From assembly GCA_963826115.1 (NCBI GenBank), contig CAWGVS010000006.1:512001-576000 (forward strand): 64,000 nt of DNA, given 5' to 3'. This DNA comes from an uncultured Candidatus Rokubacteria bacterium. Lineage in GTDB: Bacteria > Methylomirabilota > Methylomirabilia > Rokubacteriales > DASRDR01. Position 1 is the first letter of the stretch, and each line of letters begins with the position of its first letter. A program made the position numbers and the translations under genes. The notes under the pieces were generated by a model that saw only the letters and a program-made list of their open reading frames with translations, searched no databases and was not told the origin of the DNA. Below, in pieces: positions 10,700 through 20,185 of this stretch.

Positions 10700-12496
10700 A
10701 TGGAGGAGCGGGAGCTTCGGCACTGGATCGATCGGGTGAAGGACGGCACCATCACCCGTCGTAACTTTACCCGGATGATGGTCGGGCTCGGCCTGACGGC
10801 GCCGCTGGCCGCGCAGATGCTCGCCTCGGCCGGCGTGGCGCAGGCGCAGACGAAGTCGTCCTTCACGCCGACGAAGCGGGGCGGCGGCGGCACCGTGAAG
10901 GTGCTGTGGTGGCAGTCACCGACCCTCCTGAACCCGCACTTCGCGAACGGCACCAAGGACCAGGACGGCTCCCGGATCTTCTACGAGCCGCTCGCGTCCT
11001 TCGATCCCGACGGGAACCTCGCGGTGAACCTGGCGGCCGAGATCCCCACGGTCCAGAACGGCGGCATCGCCAAGGACGGGACCTCGATCACGTGGAAGCT
11101 GAAGCGCGGCGTCCAGTGGCACGACGGGAAGCCCTTCACGGCCGACGACGTCGTGTTCAACTGGGAGTACGCGACGGATCCCGCGACGGCGGCGGTGACC
11201 TCCGGCGCCTTCCCGAACGTGACGAAGGTCGAGAAGGTCGACGCCAACACGGTCAAGGTCACCTTCAACAAGCCCCAGCCGTTTCCCTACACGGCCCTCT
11301 GCGGGCCGACCGGCCAGATCATCCCGAAGCACGTCTTCGAGCAGTTCAAGGGCGCGACCTCCCGCGAGGCGCCGGCGAACCTCAAGCCCGTGGGCACGGG
11401 CGCGTACAAGTACGTCGACTTCAAGCCGGGTGACATGGTCCGGGCGGAGGCGAACCCGAACTACCACGTGCCGAACCGGCCGTTCTTCGATGCCATCGAG
11501 CTGAAGGGCGGCGGTGACGCGGCGTCGGCGGCGCGGGCGGTCATCCAGACCGGCGAGTACGACTACGCCTGGAACATGCAGGTCGAGGACGACATCCTGA
11601 AGCGCCTGGAGCAGGGCGGCAAGGGACGCGTCAACATCTCCCTCGCCGGCGACATCGAGCACATCCAGCTCAACACCACGGATCCCTGGACCGAGGTGGA
11701 CGGGGAGCGCTCGAGCGCGAAGACGAAGCACCCGTTCCTGTCGGACCCCGCCGTCCGCCAGGCGCTCGCCCTCCTGGTCGACCGGGGCTCGGTGCAGGAG
11801 CAGCTCTACGGTCGCCAGGGCCAGGCGACGTCCAACTTCCTGAACGCCCCGTCCAAGTTCAGCTCCAAGAACAACAAGTGGGAGCTGAACGTCGACAAGG
11901 CGAACCAGATCCTGGAGGCTGCGGGCTGGAAGAAGGGCGCGGACGGCATCCGCGCCAAGGACGGCAAGAAGCTCAAGATGGTGTACCAGACCTCGATCAA
12001 CGCCGTCCGCCAGAAGACGCAGGCGATCGTGAAGCAGGCCGCGGCCAAGGCGGGGATCGAGATCGAGATCAAGTCCGTGGTGGCGTCGGTGTTCTTCGCG
12101 TCCGACCCCGCGAACTGGGACACGTACCCCCACTTCGCGACGGACCTCCAGATGTACACGACGACGATGACGCATCCCGATCCGCAGCGGCTCATGGACC
12201 AGTTCACCTCCTGGGAGGTGTCGTCCAAGGAGAACAAGTGGCTCGGGCGCAACCCGACGCGGTGGCGCAACGCGGATTACGACGCCGCCTTCAAGGCGAG
12301 CGAGGCGGAGATGGACGCCGTGAAGCGCGCGGCCCTGTTCATCCGGATGAACGACCTGGTCATCCAGAACCAGGTCGTGATCCCGGTGATCTGGCGCGCC
12401 AAGGTGTCCGCGATCTCGAACCAGCTGAAGGACACCGACATCAGCGCGTGGGACTCGGACCTGGCCAACCTGGCCTTCTGGCGCCGGGAGGCGTAG
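10700..12496 (+). CDS. Peptide/nickel ABC substrate-binding protein (family 5), paralog 1, Tat-like signal
   Basis: GGGAGG RBS before ATG 10700; TRRNF twin-arginine; WHDGKPFTADDV, PVGTGAY, VRQAL. Confidence 0.92.
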   Translation: MEERELRHWIDRVKDGTITRRNFTRMMVGLGLTAPLAAQMLASAGVAQAQTKSSFTPTKRGGGGTVKVLWWQSPTLLNPHFANGTKDQDGSRIFYEPLASFDPDGNLAVNLAAEIPTVQNGGIAKDGTSITWKLKRGVQWHDGKPFTADDVVFNWEYATDPATAAVTSGAFPNVTKVEKVDANTVKVTFNKPQPFPYTALCGPTGQIIPKHVFEQFKGATSREAPANLKPVGTGAYKYVDFKPGDMVRAEANPNYHVPNRPFFDAIELKGGGDAASAARAVIQTGEYDYAWNMQVEDDILKRLEQGGKGRVNISLAGDIEHIQLNTTDPWTEVDGERSSAKTKHPFLSDPAVRQALALLVDRGSVQEQLYGRQGQATSNFLNAPSKFSSKNNKWELNVDKANQILEAAGWKKGADGIRAKDGKKLKMVYQTSINAVRQKTQAIVKQAAAKAGIEIEIKSVVASVFFASDPANWDTYPHFATDLQMYTTTMTHPDPQRLMDQFTSWEVSSKENKWLGRNPTRWRNADYDAAFKASEAEMDAVKRAALFIRMNDLVIQNQVVIPVIWRAKVSAISNQLKDTDISAWDSDLANLAFWRREA

Positions 12497-12504
12497 GCCA
12501 TACG

Positions 12505-12540
12505 GGGGCCTGGCCCGGCACCCCGCCGCGGCCAGGCCCC
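12505..12540. repeat. GC-rich intergenic hairpin (terminator, mRNA stabiliser or REP-like)
   Basis: GGGGCCTGGCC ... GGCCAGGCCCC inverted repeat just after the stop; no U-tract. Confidence 0.45.
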
Positions 12541-12658
12541 CGAGACGTCGTTCGGAAGGAGCTGTCCCAGTCGCACGGGTGGGACGCTCGGGTCACCATG
12601 GGCGTGCCGTCCCACCCATTCACGTGAACGTCGGCGGCACGCGACGGGAGGGGGAGCC

Positions 12659-14455
12659 ATGGATGAGCGCGAGCTGAGGCACTTGATCCGGCGAGTGAAG
12701 GCGGGGACGCTGACCCGCCGGCAGTTCACGCGGACCATGGTGGGCCTGGGTCTCACGGCCCCGCTGGCCGCGCAGATGCTGGCGGCGTCCGGCGTCGCCC
12801 ACGCCCAGGCGAAGCCGGCGTTCAACCCGACCAAGCGGGGCGGCGGCGGCCCCGTGAAGACCCTGTGGTGGCAGGCCCCGGTGCTCCTGAACCCGCACCT
12901 CTCGCCGGGGACGAAGGACGTCGACGCCTCCCGCATCTTCTACGAGCCCCTCTGCTCGTTCGACCCCGACGGGAACCTGCTCCCGGTGCTCGCGGCCGAG
13001 GTGCCGACCGTCCAGAACGGAGGGATCTCGAAGGACGGCACGTCGGTGACGTGGCGGCTCAAGAAGGACGTCGCCTGGCACGACGGGAAGCCGTTCACGG
13101 CCGACGACCTCGTCTTCAACTGGGAGTATGCCGCCGACCCCGCGTCGGCCGCGGTCACCTCGGGCGCCTACAAGGACATCGCCCGGATCGACAAGCTGGA
13201 CAGCCTCACCGCCAAGATCACGTTCAGCCGGCCGGCGCCGTTCCCGTTCGAGCCGTTCTGCGGGCCCACCGGCCAGGTCATGCCGAGGCACGTCTTCGAG
13301 CCGTTCAAGGGCGCGAAGTCCCGCGAGGCGCCGGGGAACCTCAAGCCGGTTGGCACCGGGCCCTACCGGATCGTCGACTTCAAGCCGGGGGACACGGTCC
13401 GGGCCGAGCTGAACCCGAACTACCACGTGGCGAACCGGCCGTTCTTCGACACCCTCGAGATGAAGGGCGGGGGCGACGCCGCCTCGGCGGCGCGGGCGGT
13501 CATCCAGACCGGCGAGTACGACTATGCCTGGAACATGCAGGTCGAGGACGACATCCTGCTCCGCCTCGAGCAGGGCGGTCGCGGGAAGGTCGAGATCGTC
13601 TACGGCGGCAACATCGAGTACATCGGGGTCAACTTCTCCGACCCCAACACCGAGGTGGACGGGGAGTGGTCGAGCCCGAAGTCGAAGCACCCGTTCTTCT
13701 CCGACCCTGCGGTGCGGCAGGCCCTGAACCTCCTGGTTGACCGGTCGGCGGTCCAGGAGCAGATCTACGGTCGTCAGGGCCGGACGAGCGCGAACTTTCT
13801 GAACGCGCCGTCCAAGTTCCGCTCGGGCAACATGAAGTGGGAGTTCAACGTCGACAAGGCCAACGCGCTCCTCGAGCAGGCGGGGTGGAAGCGGGGCGCC
13901 GACGGCATCCGGGCCAAGGAGGGCAAGCGCCTCAAGGTGGTGTTCCAGACGTCCACCAACGCGCCGCGCCAGAAGACGCAGGCGATCATCAAGCAGGCCG
14001 CCGCCAAGGCGGGGATCGAGGTCGAGATCAAGGCGGTCGTCGCGTCGGTCTTCTTCGGGTCGGATCCGGCGAACTGGGACACCTTCCCGCACTTCAAGGC
14101 CGACATCCAGATGTACACGACGACGATGACGCACCCCGACCCGCAGCGGTTCATGAACCAGTTCCTGTCCGACGAGGTGTCCTCGAAGGCCAACAAATGG
14201 TCGGGCCGCAACCCCACGCGATGGACCAACGAGGAGTACGATCGGACCTACAAGGCCGCCGAGAGCGAGATGGACCCGGTGAAGCGGGCCGCCCTGTTCG
14301 TCCGGATGAACGATCTGTTGATCCAGAACGTGGTCGTGATCCCGGTGCTCTGGCGCGCGCGGGTGGCGGCCGTGTCGAACAAGGTCCGGAACACCGAGCA
14401 GAGCCCGTGGGAGTCCGACTTCTGGAATCACGCGAACTGGTACCGGGAGGCGTAG
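12659..14455 (+). CDS. Peptide/nickel ABC substrate-binding protein (family 5), paralog 2
   Basis: TRRQF Tat motif; colinear and highly similar to paralog 1. Confidence 0.93.
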   Translation: MDERELRHLIRRVKAGTLTRRQFTRTMVGLGLTAPLAAQMLAASGVAHAQAKPAFNPTKRGGGGPVKTLWWQAPVLLNPHLSPGTKDVDASRIFYEPLCSFDPDGNLLPVLAAEVPTVQNGGISKDGTSVTWRLKKDVAWHDGKPFTADDLVFNWEYAADPASAAVTSGAYKDIARIDKLDSLTAKITFSRPAPFPFEPFCGPTGQVMPRHVFEPFKGAKSREAPGNLKPVGTGPYRIVDFKPGDTVRAELNPNYHVANRPFFDTLEMKGGGDAASAARAVIQTGEYDYAWNMQVEDDILLRLEQGGRGKVEIVYGGNIEYIGVNFSDPNTEVDGEWSSPKSKHPFFSDPAVRQALNLLVDRSAVQEQIYGRQGRTSANFLNAPSKFRSGNMKWEFNVDKANALLEQAGWKRGADGIRAKEGKRLKVVFQTSTNAPRQKTQAIIKQAAAKAGIEVEIKAVVASVFFGSDPANWDTFPHFKADIQMYTTTMTHPDPQRFMNQFLSDEVSSKANKWSGRNPTRWTNEEYDRTYKAAESEMDPVKRAALFVRMNDLLIQNVVVIPVLWRARVAAVSNKVRNTEQSPWESDFWNHANWYREA

Positions 14456-14559
14456 CGAGCGGCCCCGTTCCGGGGCGGACGCCGGGCCGCGACTCGCGGC
14501 CGACCGGCAGGATACCCGGGGAGCCCGGTGGCGGGCTCCCGGAATCGGGAGGCATGACC

Positions 14560-16356
14560 ATGGATGAGCGCGACCTTCGGGCGTGGATCGGCCGGGTCAA
14601 GGACGGCACCGTCAGCCGTCGTGAGTTCACGCGGCTCATGGCGGGTGTCGGGCTGACCGCGCCGATGGCCGCCCAGCTCCTGGCGAGCGCGGGGATTCCC
14701 CGGCCGGCGGCGGCCCAGGCGAAGTTCACCCCGACCAAGCGGGGCGGGGGCGGCGAGCTGAAGACCCTCTGGTGGCAGGCGGTGAGCATCCTGAACTGCC
14801 ACCTCGCGGTCGGCGTGAAGGACAACGACGGCTCGCGACTGTTCGGCGAGCCGCTGGCGGCGTTCGATCCCGACGGCAACCTGGTCCCGGTCCTCGCGGC
14901 CGAGGTCCCGACCCTCGAGAACGGCGGCGTGGCCAAGGACGGCCTCTCCGTCACCTGGAAGCTCAAGCGGAACGTCCAGTGGCACGACGGGAAGCCGTTC
15001 ACCGCCGACGACGTGGTGTTCACCTGGGAGTTTGCCGCCGATCCGGCGACCGCCGCGACGACGGCCGGCAACTACAAGGACATCCAGCGGATCGACAAGA
15101 TCGACAGCCACACGGTCAAGATCGGGTTCAAGAACCCGACGCCGTTCTGGGCGATCTCCTTCTGCGGCCCGACGGGTCTCCTCATCCCCAAGCACGTGTT
15201 CGAGCCGTTCAAGGGCGCCAAGTCCCGGGAGGCGCCGGCCAACATGAAACCGGTCGGGACCGGCCCGTATCGCTACGCGGACTTCAAGGCCAACGACGTC
15301 GTCCGGGCCGAGCTCAACCCGAACTACCACGTGCCCAACTGGCCGTTCTTCGATCGGGTCGAGGTGAAGGGCGGCGGGGACGCGACCTCGGCGGCGCGCG
15401 CGGTCATCCAGACCGGGGAGTACGACTTCGCCTGGAACCTCCAGGTCGAGGACGACATCCTGAAGCGGATGGAGCAGGGCGGGAAGGGCCGCGTGGACTT
15501 CACCGTCTCCGGCAACATCGAGCACGTGAACGTGAACCAGACCGACCCGTGGACCGAGGTCGACGGCGAGCGCTCCAGTCCGAAGACGAAGCATCCGCTG
15601 CTCTCGGACCCGGCCGTCCGCCAGGCGCTGTCCCTCGTGATCGACCGCGGGTCCATGCAGGAGCAGCTCTACGGGCGGGCGGGCCAGGCGACCGCGAACT
15701 ACGTCAACGCCCCGAGCCGCTTCCAGTCGAAGAACATGAAGTGGGAGTTCAACGTCGACAAGGCCAACACCCTGCTGGATCAGGCGGGTTGGAAGCGCGG
15801 CGCCGACGGGATCCGGGTGAAGGACGGCAAGCGCCTGAAGCTCCTCCTCCAGACGTCGATCAACCCGCTCCGCCAGAAGGAGCAGGCGATCATCAAGCAG
15901 GGCGCAAGCAAGGCGGGGATGGACATGGAGCTGAAGACGGTGGTCGCGTCCGTCTTCTTCGGATCGGACGAGGCCAACCCGGACAACATCGGCCACTTCA
16001 GCGCCGACCTGCAGATGTACGCGTGGCAGTTCGACGTCGATCCGTACCCCTCCATGCGCGTCTTCCCGTCGTGGGAGGTCGCGACCAAGGAGAACAAGTT
16101 CTCGGGGCGCAACACGACGCGCTGGCACAACGAGGAGTTCGACCGTCTCTACAAGGCGGCCGAGACCGAGATGGACCCGGTGAAGCGGGCGGCCCACTTC
16201 ATCCGGATGAACGACCTCGTCGTGCAGAACATGGTCGTCATCCCGCTCGTCTGGCGGAACTGGGTGTCGGGGGTCGGGAACAAGCTGAAGGGCACCGAGA
16301 TCAGCGGCTGGGACTCGAGTTTCTGGAACCTGGCGCGCTGGTACCGGGAGGCGTAG
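14560..16356 (+). CDS. Peptide/nickel ABC substrate-binding protein (family 5), paralog 3
   Basis: C-terminal part of track ORF 13837..16356; GGGAGG RBS, ATG at 14554 or 14560; SRREF Tat motif. Confidence 0.92.
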   Translation: MDERDLRAWIGRVKDGTVSRREFTRLMAGVGLTAPMAAQLLASAGIPRPAAAQAKFTPTKRGGGGELKTLWWQAVSILNCHLAVGVKDNDGSRLFGEPLAAFDPDGNLVPVLAAEVPTLENGGVAKDGLSVTWKLKRNVQWHDGKPFTADDVVFTWEFAADPATAATTAGNYKDIQRIDKIDSHTVKIGFKNPTPFWAISFCGPTGLLIPKHVFEPFKGAKSREAPANMKPVGTGPYRYADFKANDVVRAELNPNYHVPNWPFFDRVEVKGGGDATSAARAVIQTGEYDFAWNLQVEDDILKRMEQGGKGRVDFTVSGNIEHVNVNQTDPWTEVDGERSSPKTKHPLLSDPAVRQALSLVIDRGSMQEQLYGRAGQATANYVNAPSRFQSKNMKWEFNVDKANTLLDQAGWKRGADGIRVKDGKRLKLLLQTSINPLRQKEQAIIKQGASKAGMDMELKTVVASVFFGSDEANPDNIGHFSADLQMYAWQFDVDPYPSMRVFPSWEVATKENKFSGRNTTRWHNEEFDRLYKAAETEMDPVKRAAHFIRMNDLVVQNMVVIPLVWRNWVSGVGNKLKGTEISGWDSSFWNLARWYREA

Positions 16357-16448
16357 CCCCCGGCCGGTCGCTCCGGGAGAACATGCCAGGACGAAGGTCG
16401 GTCGGCGCGAGCGACGGCTGAGGCGCGGGAGGCGACCGCCTAGTTCCG

Positions 16449-17408
16449 ATGGGCACGTACGTCCTCCGGCGGATCCTCACCGCGGTCCCGGTGCTCCTCG
16501 GGATCAGCCTCGTGCTGTTCACGATCCTCGCGCTGGCGCCGGGCGATCCCTTCGGCGAGCTCGCGACCAACCCCAACGTCCCGCCCGAGGTGCGGATGAA
16601 CCTCCGCAAGCAGTTCGGGCTCGACGACCCCATCGCGGTCCGGTACGGCAAGTGGTTCACCCAGATGGTCCAGGGGAACTGGGGCTTCTCGTTCGTGAGC
16701 CGGGTGGACGTCGACGTCCTGATCCGCCAGCGCCTGCCGACCACGCTGTTCGTGCTGGGCTCCGCGCAGGTGCTGGCTCTCCTGATCGCCCTGCCCGTGG
16801 GGATCCTCTCCGCCCGGCGCCCCTACTCGTTCTTCGACCAGATAGCCACGACGCTCGCGTTCATCGGGTTCTCCCTGCCGACCTTCTTCACCGGGCTGCT
16901 GTTCATCCTCCTGTTCAGCCTTTACCTGGACTGGCTGCCATTCATCTACCGGGCGGACATCCAGGCGACCGGATTCCACTGGCTCTGGGAGAACCTGAAA
17001 CAGGGCGTCATGCCGATCACGGTCCTCGGCCTGTTCCAGGGCGCGCAGCTGACGCGGTTCGTCCGGGCGTCGGTGCTGGACGTGGTCCAGCTCGACTACA
17101 TCCGGACGGCCCGATCCAAGGGGCTGGCCGAGCGCATCACGCTGATGAAGCACGGCGTCCGTAACGCGCTGATTCCGGTCGTGACGCTGCTCGCCATCCA
17201 GGTGCCCCAGATCTTCACCGGCGCCGTCGTGACGGAGCAGATCTTCCGGGTGCCCGGAATCGGCTCGCTCCTGATCAGCTCGATCCTGTCCAACGACACG
17301 CCGGTGATCATGGGGGTGACCTTCGTCTTCGCGGCGCTCGTGCTGGTCTTCGGATTGATCGCCGACATGCTCTACGGCTGGCTGGATCCGCGGATCTCGT
17401 TCCGGTGA
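16449..17408 (+). CDS. Peptide ABC permease (OppB/DppB-like)
   Basis: GLDDPI..RY, DYIRTARSKGL EAA loop, RNALIP, LDPRI. Confidence 0.93.
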   Translation: MGTYVLRRILTAVPVLLGISLVLFTILALAPGDPFGELATNPNVPPEVRMNLRKQFGLDDPIAVRYGKWFTQMVQGNWGFSFVSRVDVDVLIRQRLPTTLFVLGSAQVLALLIALPVGILSARRPYSFFDQIATTLAFIGFSLPTFFTGLLFILLFSLYLDWLPFIYRADIQATGFHWLWENLKQGVMPITVLGLFQGAQLTRFVRASVLDVVQLDYIRTARSKGLAERITLMKHGVRNALIPVVTLLAIQVPQIFTGAVVTEQIFRVPGIGSLLISSILSNDTPVIMGVTFVFAALVLVFGLIADMLYGWLDPRISFR

Positions 17409-17412
17409 GGTC

Positions 17413-18357
17413 GTGATGGCGGCGAACGGCGCGACTTCAGAGGCGGTGGCGGGCCGGCTCGTGCGTGTTCGCGCCCGGAAGTCCGACTCGCTGTGGGTGG
17501 AGGCCGCGCGCCGATTCCGGCGGCACCGTCTGGCGATGGTGGGAGTCCTGATCCTCGCCGTCATGGTCGCGGCGGTGCTGGTCGGCCCGATCGTGTACCG
17601 GGTGCCGATCGACGAGATCGATTTCAAAGCCAAGCTGAAGGCGCCGTTGTGGGCCCATCCGTTCGGGACCGACGATCTCGGTCAGGACCTCCTCGCCCGG
17701 ATGCTCTACGGCGGGCGGATCTCGCTGTCCGTCGGCGTCGTCGCGATGCTCATCGGGGTCTGCGTGGGCACCGCGGTGGGGTCTATTTCCGGGCAGCTCG
17801 GCGGCTTCGTGGACAGCGCGCTGATGCGTGTGACCGACCTCTTCCTGGCGCTCCCGCAGCTGCCGATCTTCCTGCTGGTCGTTTACCTGTTCCGCGACAC
17901 CGCGAGGCGGTTTCTGGGCGTGGAGATGGGGGCCTTCGTTCTCATCGTCGCGGTGATCGGCTTCCTGCGCTGGATGCCGGTCGCCCGTCTGGTCCGGGCG
18001 CAGTTCCTGTCGCTCCGCGAGAAGGAGTTCGTCGAGGCGGCCCGGGCCCTCGGGGTGCCGACGGGCAGGCAGATCGTTCGCCACGTCCTGCCGAACGCCC
18101 TCGGGCCCGTGATCGTGGCCGGGTCGCTGGAGGTGGCGGCCGCGATCATTCTCGAGTCGACGCTCTCCTTCCTCGGCCTGGGCTTCCCGCCGGACATCCC
18201 GACGTGGGGGCGGATCCTCTTCGACGCGAAGGACAACCTCGACTTCGCGCCGCACTGGGCGATCTTCCCGGGCACGGCGATCTTCCTGGCCGTCCTGTCG
18301 ATCAACTTCATCGGTGATGGCCTGCGGGACGCCCTCGACCCGCGGAAGGTCTTCTGA
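17413..18357 (+). CDS. Peptide ABC permease (OppC/DppC-like)
   Basis: HPFGTDDLGQD, GGRISL, EFVEAARALG, GDGLRDALDPR. Confidence 0.93.
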   Translation: MMAANGATSEAVAGRLVRVRARKSDSLWVEAARRFRRHRLAMVGVLILAVMVAAVLVGPIVYRVPIDEIDFKAKLKAPLWAHPFGTDDLGQDLLARMLYGGRISLSVGVVAMLIGVCVGTAVGSISGQLGGFVDSALMRVTDLFLALPQLPIFLLVVYLFRDTARRFLGVEMGAFVLIVAVIGFLRWMPVARLVRAQFLSLREKEFVEAARALGVPTGRQIVRHVLPNALGPVIVAGSLEVAAAIILESTLSFLGLGFPPDIPTWGRILFDAKDNLDFAPHWAIFPGTAIFLAVLSINFIGDGLRDALDPRKVF

Positions 18358-18513
18358 GCGGCCGTTGGCGCTGACGGTTGACGCACCGGGCCGGGGGCGA
18401 GGCGCCCCGACCTCATCGAGGTGACGGCCTCCGCGACGCGCTCGACGCGCGGAAGGCGCTGCAGGCGGCCGCTCGCTGACTCCAGCGCGTGATCGAGCCT
18501 CAGCCCGGCCCTC

Positions 18514-18745
18514 TCGATCGAAGGAGTAGCCCACGAAGACCAGGCTGTCGGGGACGCCTCCGGCGTGCGCGACACGTAGCGGGCCTGGCCTCGCTCGAGG
18601 TTCTGCCAGAGGGCATCGCACTCTTCGACCGCCCCGCACCGTGGGCGGCGGGGCTCCGAAGTACCTCGACACCTCCTCGTCGGTGAGGGGCGCCGCGCGG
18701 CGCATTGCCGGCGCCGCGCTCGCGCGCTCGATGTCGACTCGATGC
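18514..18745 (-). pseudogene. Decayed remnant of a hypothetical gene ending ...VFVGYSFD
   Basis: Stitching two frames gives VDIERASAAPAMRRAAPLTDEEVSRYFGAPPPT / AVEECDALWQNLERGQARYV / AHAGGVPDSLVFVGYSFD followed by CGA; family recognition is from memory. Confidence 0.45.
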
Positions 18746-18770
18746 GGGGCAGGAGGCGACCGCGGGGCGG

Positions 18771-18971
18771 TCAGGTCGCCGGCAGGTCGAGCCGGATGCC
18801 GGCTCTCCGCGGTAGGAGCGCCGCCTCACGCCGACGGTTCTCGATCACCCGCACCCGCGGATCGTGCCGGAACATCGCCTCGAGCTCCGCGAGGAGCCGG
18901 CCGTCACCCCGGGCGACGACCAGGATCCAGGGGTTCTCCGCCCGCGCGCTCGCGGCCATCGACTCGGCCAC
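18771..18971 (-). CDS. Small hypothetical protein (WILVV...VRVIENRRR family)
   Basis: 66 aa; starts 6 nt after the upstream stop; similar to the N-terminus of 40184..40684. Confidence 0.6.
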   Translation of the reverse strand: MAESMAASARAENPWILVVARGDGRLLAELEAMFRHDPRVRVIENRRREAALLPRRAGIRLDLPAT

Positions 18972-18977
18972 GGCTCG

Positions 18978-19484
18978 TCACGCCGATCCGGCGGCGCTCG
19001 TCGGCGCGCCGTCACGCCGCACCCCGAGACGCCCGACGACGGCGGCCACGTGGCGGCGCGTGTCGGCGCCGTCCTGCTCGAGCTGAACGAGGCCGATGCA
19101 CTCCTCCACGATGTCGCGGTCCCCGAGATCGGCAAAGGCCTCCGCGATGCGCATGATGCCCTCGAACGAGTTCTCCTGGCACGCGCGGTAGAGGGCGGCG
19201 AAGTAGGCGCGCCGCGCTTCCGGTTCCGCGGACGGGCGCGCGCCGACGGCGCCGCCGATCCGGAGGCAGGCCTGCCCCGCGGCGATCAGGCCTTCCCAGC
19301 TCGAGCTCGCGATCGCGGCCGTGTGCGCGCTCTCCCAGGCGTTCCGCGCGCGGTCCACGTCGTGCTGCCCGAGAGCCCGGTCGACGCTCCGGAGGTACCC
19401 GCGCCACGACGCGGGAAGGTCCGCGCCCCGCTCCGAGCTCACCTCGAGCTCCGACACCTGGCCGGCGGCCTGCCCCGCGGCCAC
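18978..19484 (-). CDS. Alpha-helical TPR-like hypothetical protein, paralog B (no signal peptide)
   Basis: C-terminal part of track ORF 18978..19901; GTG overlaps upstream TAG (TAGTG) with GGGGAG RBS; aligns with 19484..20005. Confidence 0.75.
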   Translation of the reverse strand: MAAGQAAGQVSELEVSSERGADLPASWRGYLRSVDRALGQHDVDRARNAWESAHTAAIASSSWEGLIAAGQACLRIGGAVGARPSAEPEARRAYFAALYRACQENSFEGIMRIAEAFADLGDRDIVEECIGLVQLEQDGADTRRHVAAVVGRLGVRRDGAPTSAAGSA

Positions 19485-20005
19485 TACCGGAGCTCCCCGA
19501 CCGGGAGCGTGTCGCTGAGGCGCGCGCGGAACGTGCGGATGTCGGCCTGCGCCTCGGGGTCGCCCGCGGCCAGCCGCTCGGCGACGCGGAGCCCGAGCCC
19601 CACCATCTGCGTGTCTCCGAGGAGCGCGTACCCCTCGGTCGCCTTCAGGATGCCCTCGACCGACGCCTGCTGGCGGGCGCGGAAGAACGCCTTCTGATAC
19701 GCCTCGCGGGCCTTGCCCTCGAACGAGCGCCGGAGGCCCGTGGCCTCGCCGATCCGGCGGTAGAGATCGCCGGCGCAGACCATGCCGTCCCAGCGGGTCG
19801 TGCCGAGGGCGAGCGTGTAGGCGTCGTTGGCCGCGCGCAGGGCCGCGCTGTACTCCTTCCGCGCGAGCGCCTTGTCGACCTGCTGGATGGCCGGCGCCCA
19901 CGGATTGTCGGCGATGCCCACGGCGCCGGCCGTCCCGGCCAACGCGACCCCCAGCATGACGACCGAAGCGACCACACCCGCTCGAAGGTACCGTGCCTTA
20001 GTCAT
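19484..20005 (-). CDS. Secreted alpha-helical TPR-like hypothetical protein, paralog A
   Basis: AGGAGGA RBS; Sec-pathway signal peptide (MTKARYLR-hydrophobic-AGA); helical repeats. Confidence 0.82.
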   Translation of the reverse strand: MTKARYLRAGVVASVVMLGVALAGTAGAVGIADNPWAPAIQQVDKALARKEYSAALRAANDAYTLALGTTRWDGMVCAGDLYRRIGEATGLRRSFEGKAREAYQKAFFRARQQASVEGILKATEGYALLGDTQMVGLGLRVAERLAAGDPEAQADIRTFRARLSDTLPVGELR

Positions 20006-20059
20006 TGCCTTGCGTCCTCCTGTCCTGGTTCACCACCTGTGCAACCGCTTGGATACATC

Positions 20060-20074
20060 GCAACCGATGTGCCA
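20060..20074 (-). promoter_or_regulatory. sigma54 -24/-12 promoter of the 20005->18771 operon
   Basis: TGGCAC-ATCGG-TTGC (GG-N10-GC) on minus strand, about 55 nt upstream of ATG 20005. Confidence 0.85.
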
Positions 20075-20090
20075 GAGTGAAACTCAATAG

Positions 20091-20103
20091 AAACAACTAG
20101 TTA
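20091..20103 (+). promoter_or_regulatory. Putative IHF site
   Basis: AAACAACTAGTTA vs WATCAANNNNTTR (one mismatch), located between the sigma54 promoter and the enhancer. Confidence 0.5.
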
Positions 20104-20134
20104 TGGATATACGACTACTGGTGGTTGTCAGTGG

Positions 20135-20176
20135 TGGTGGTGTAATCTTGACCACCAACCCGGGCGAGGGCAGGAT
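20135..20176 (+). promoter_or_regulatory. Palindromic enhancer TGGTGGT-N9-ACCACCA overlapping the sigma70 promoter of the activator gene
   Basis: Inverted repeat 20135-20157; TTGACC(20148)-N17-CAGGAT(20171), 9 nt before ATG 20186. Confidence 0.6.
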
Positions 20177-20185
20177 GGGCGCGCC

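Noticed and set aside
12500-14550. Intergenic hairpins between SBP genes as riboswitches or tRNAs
   Set aside because: No recognisable aptamer or cloverleaf; simple GC stems only
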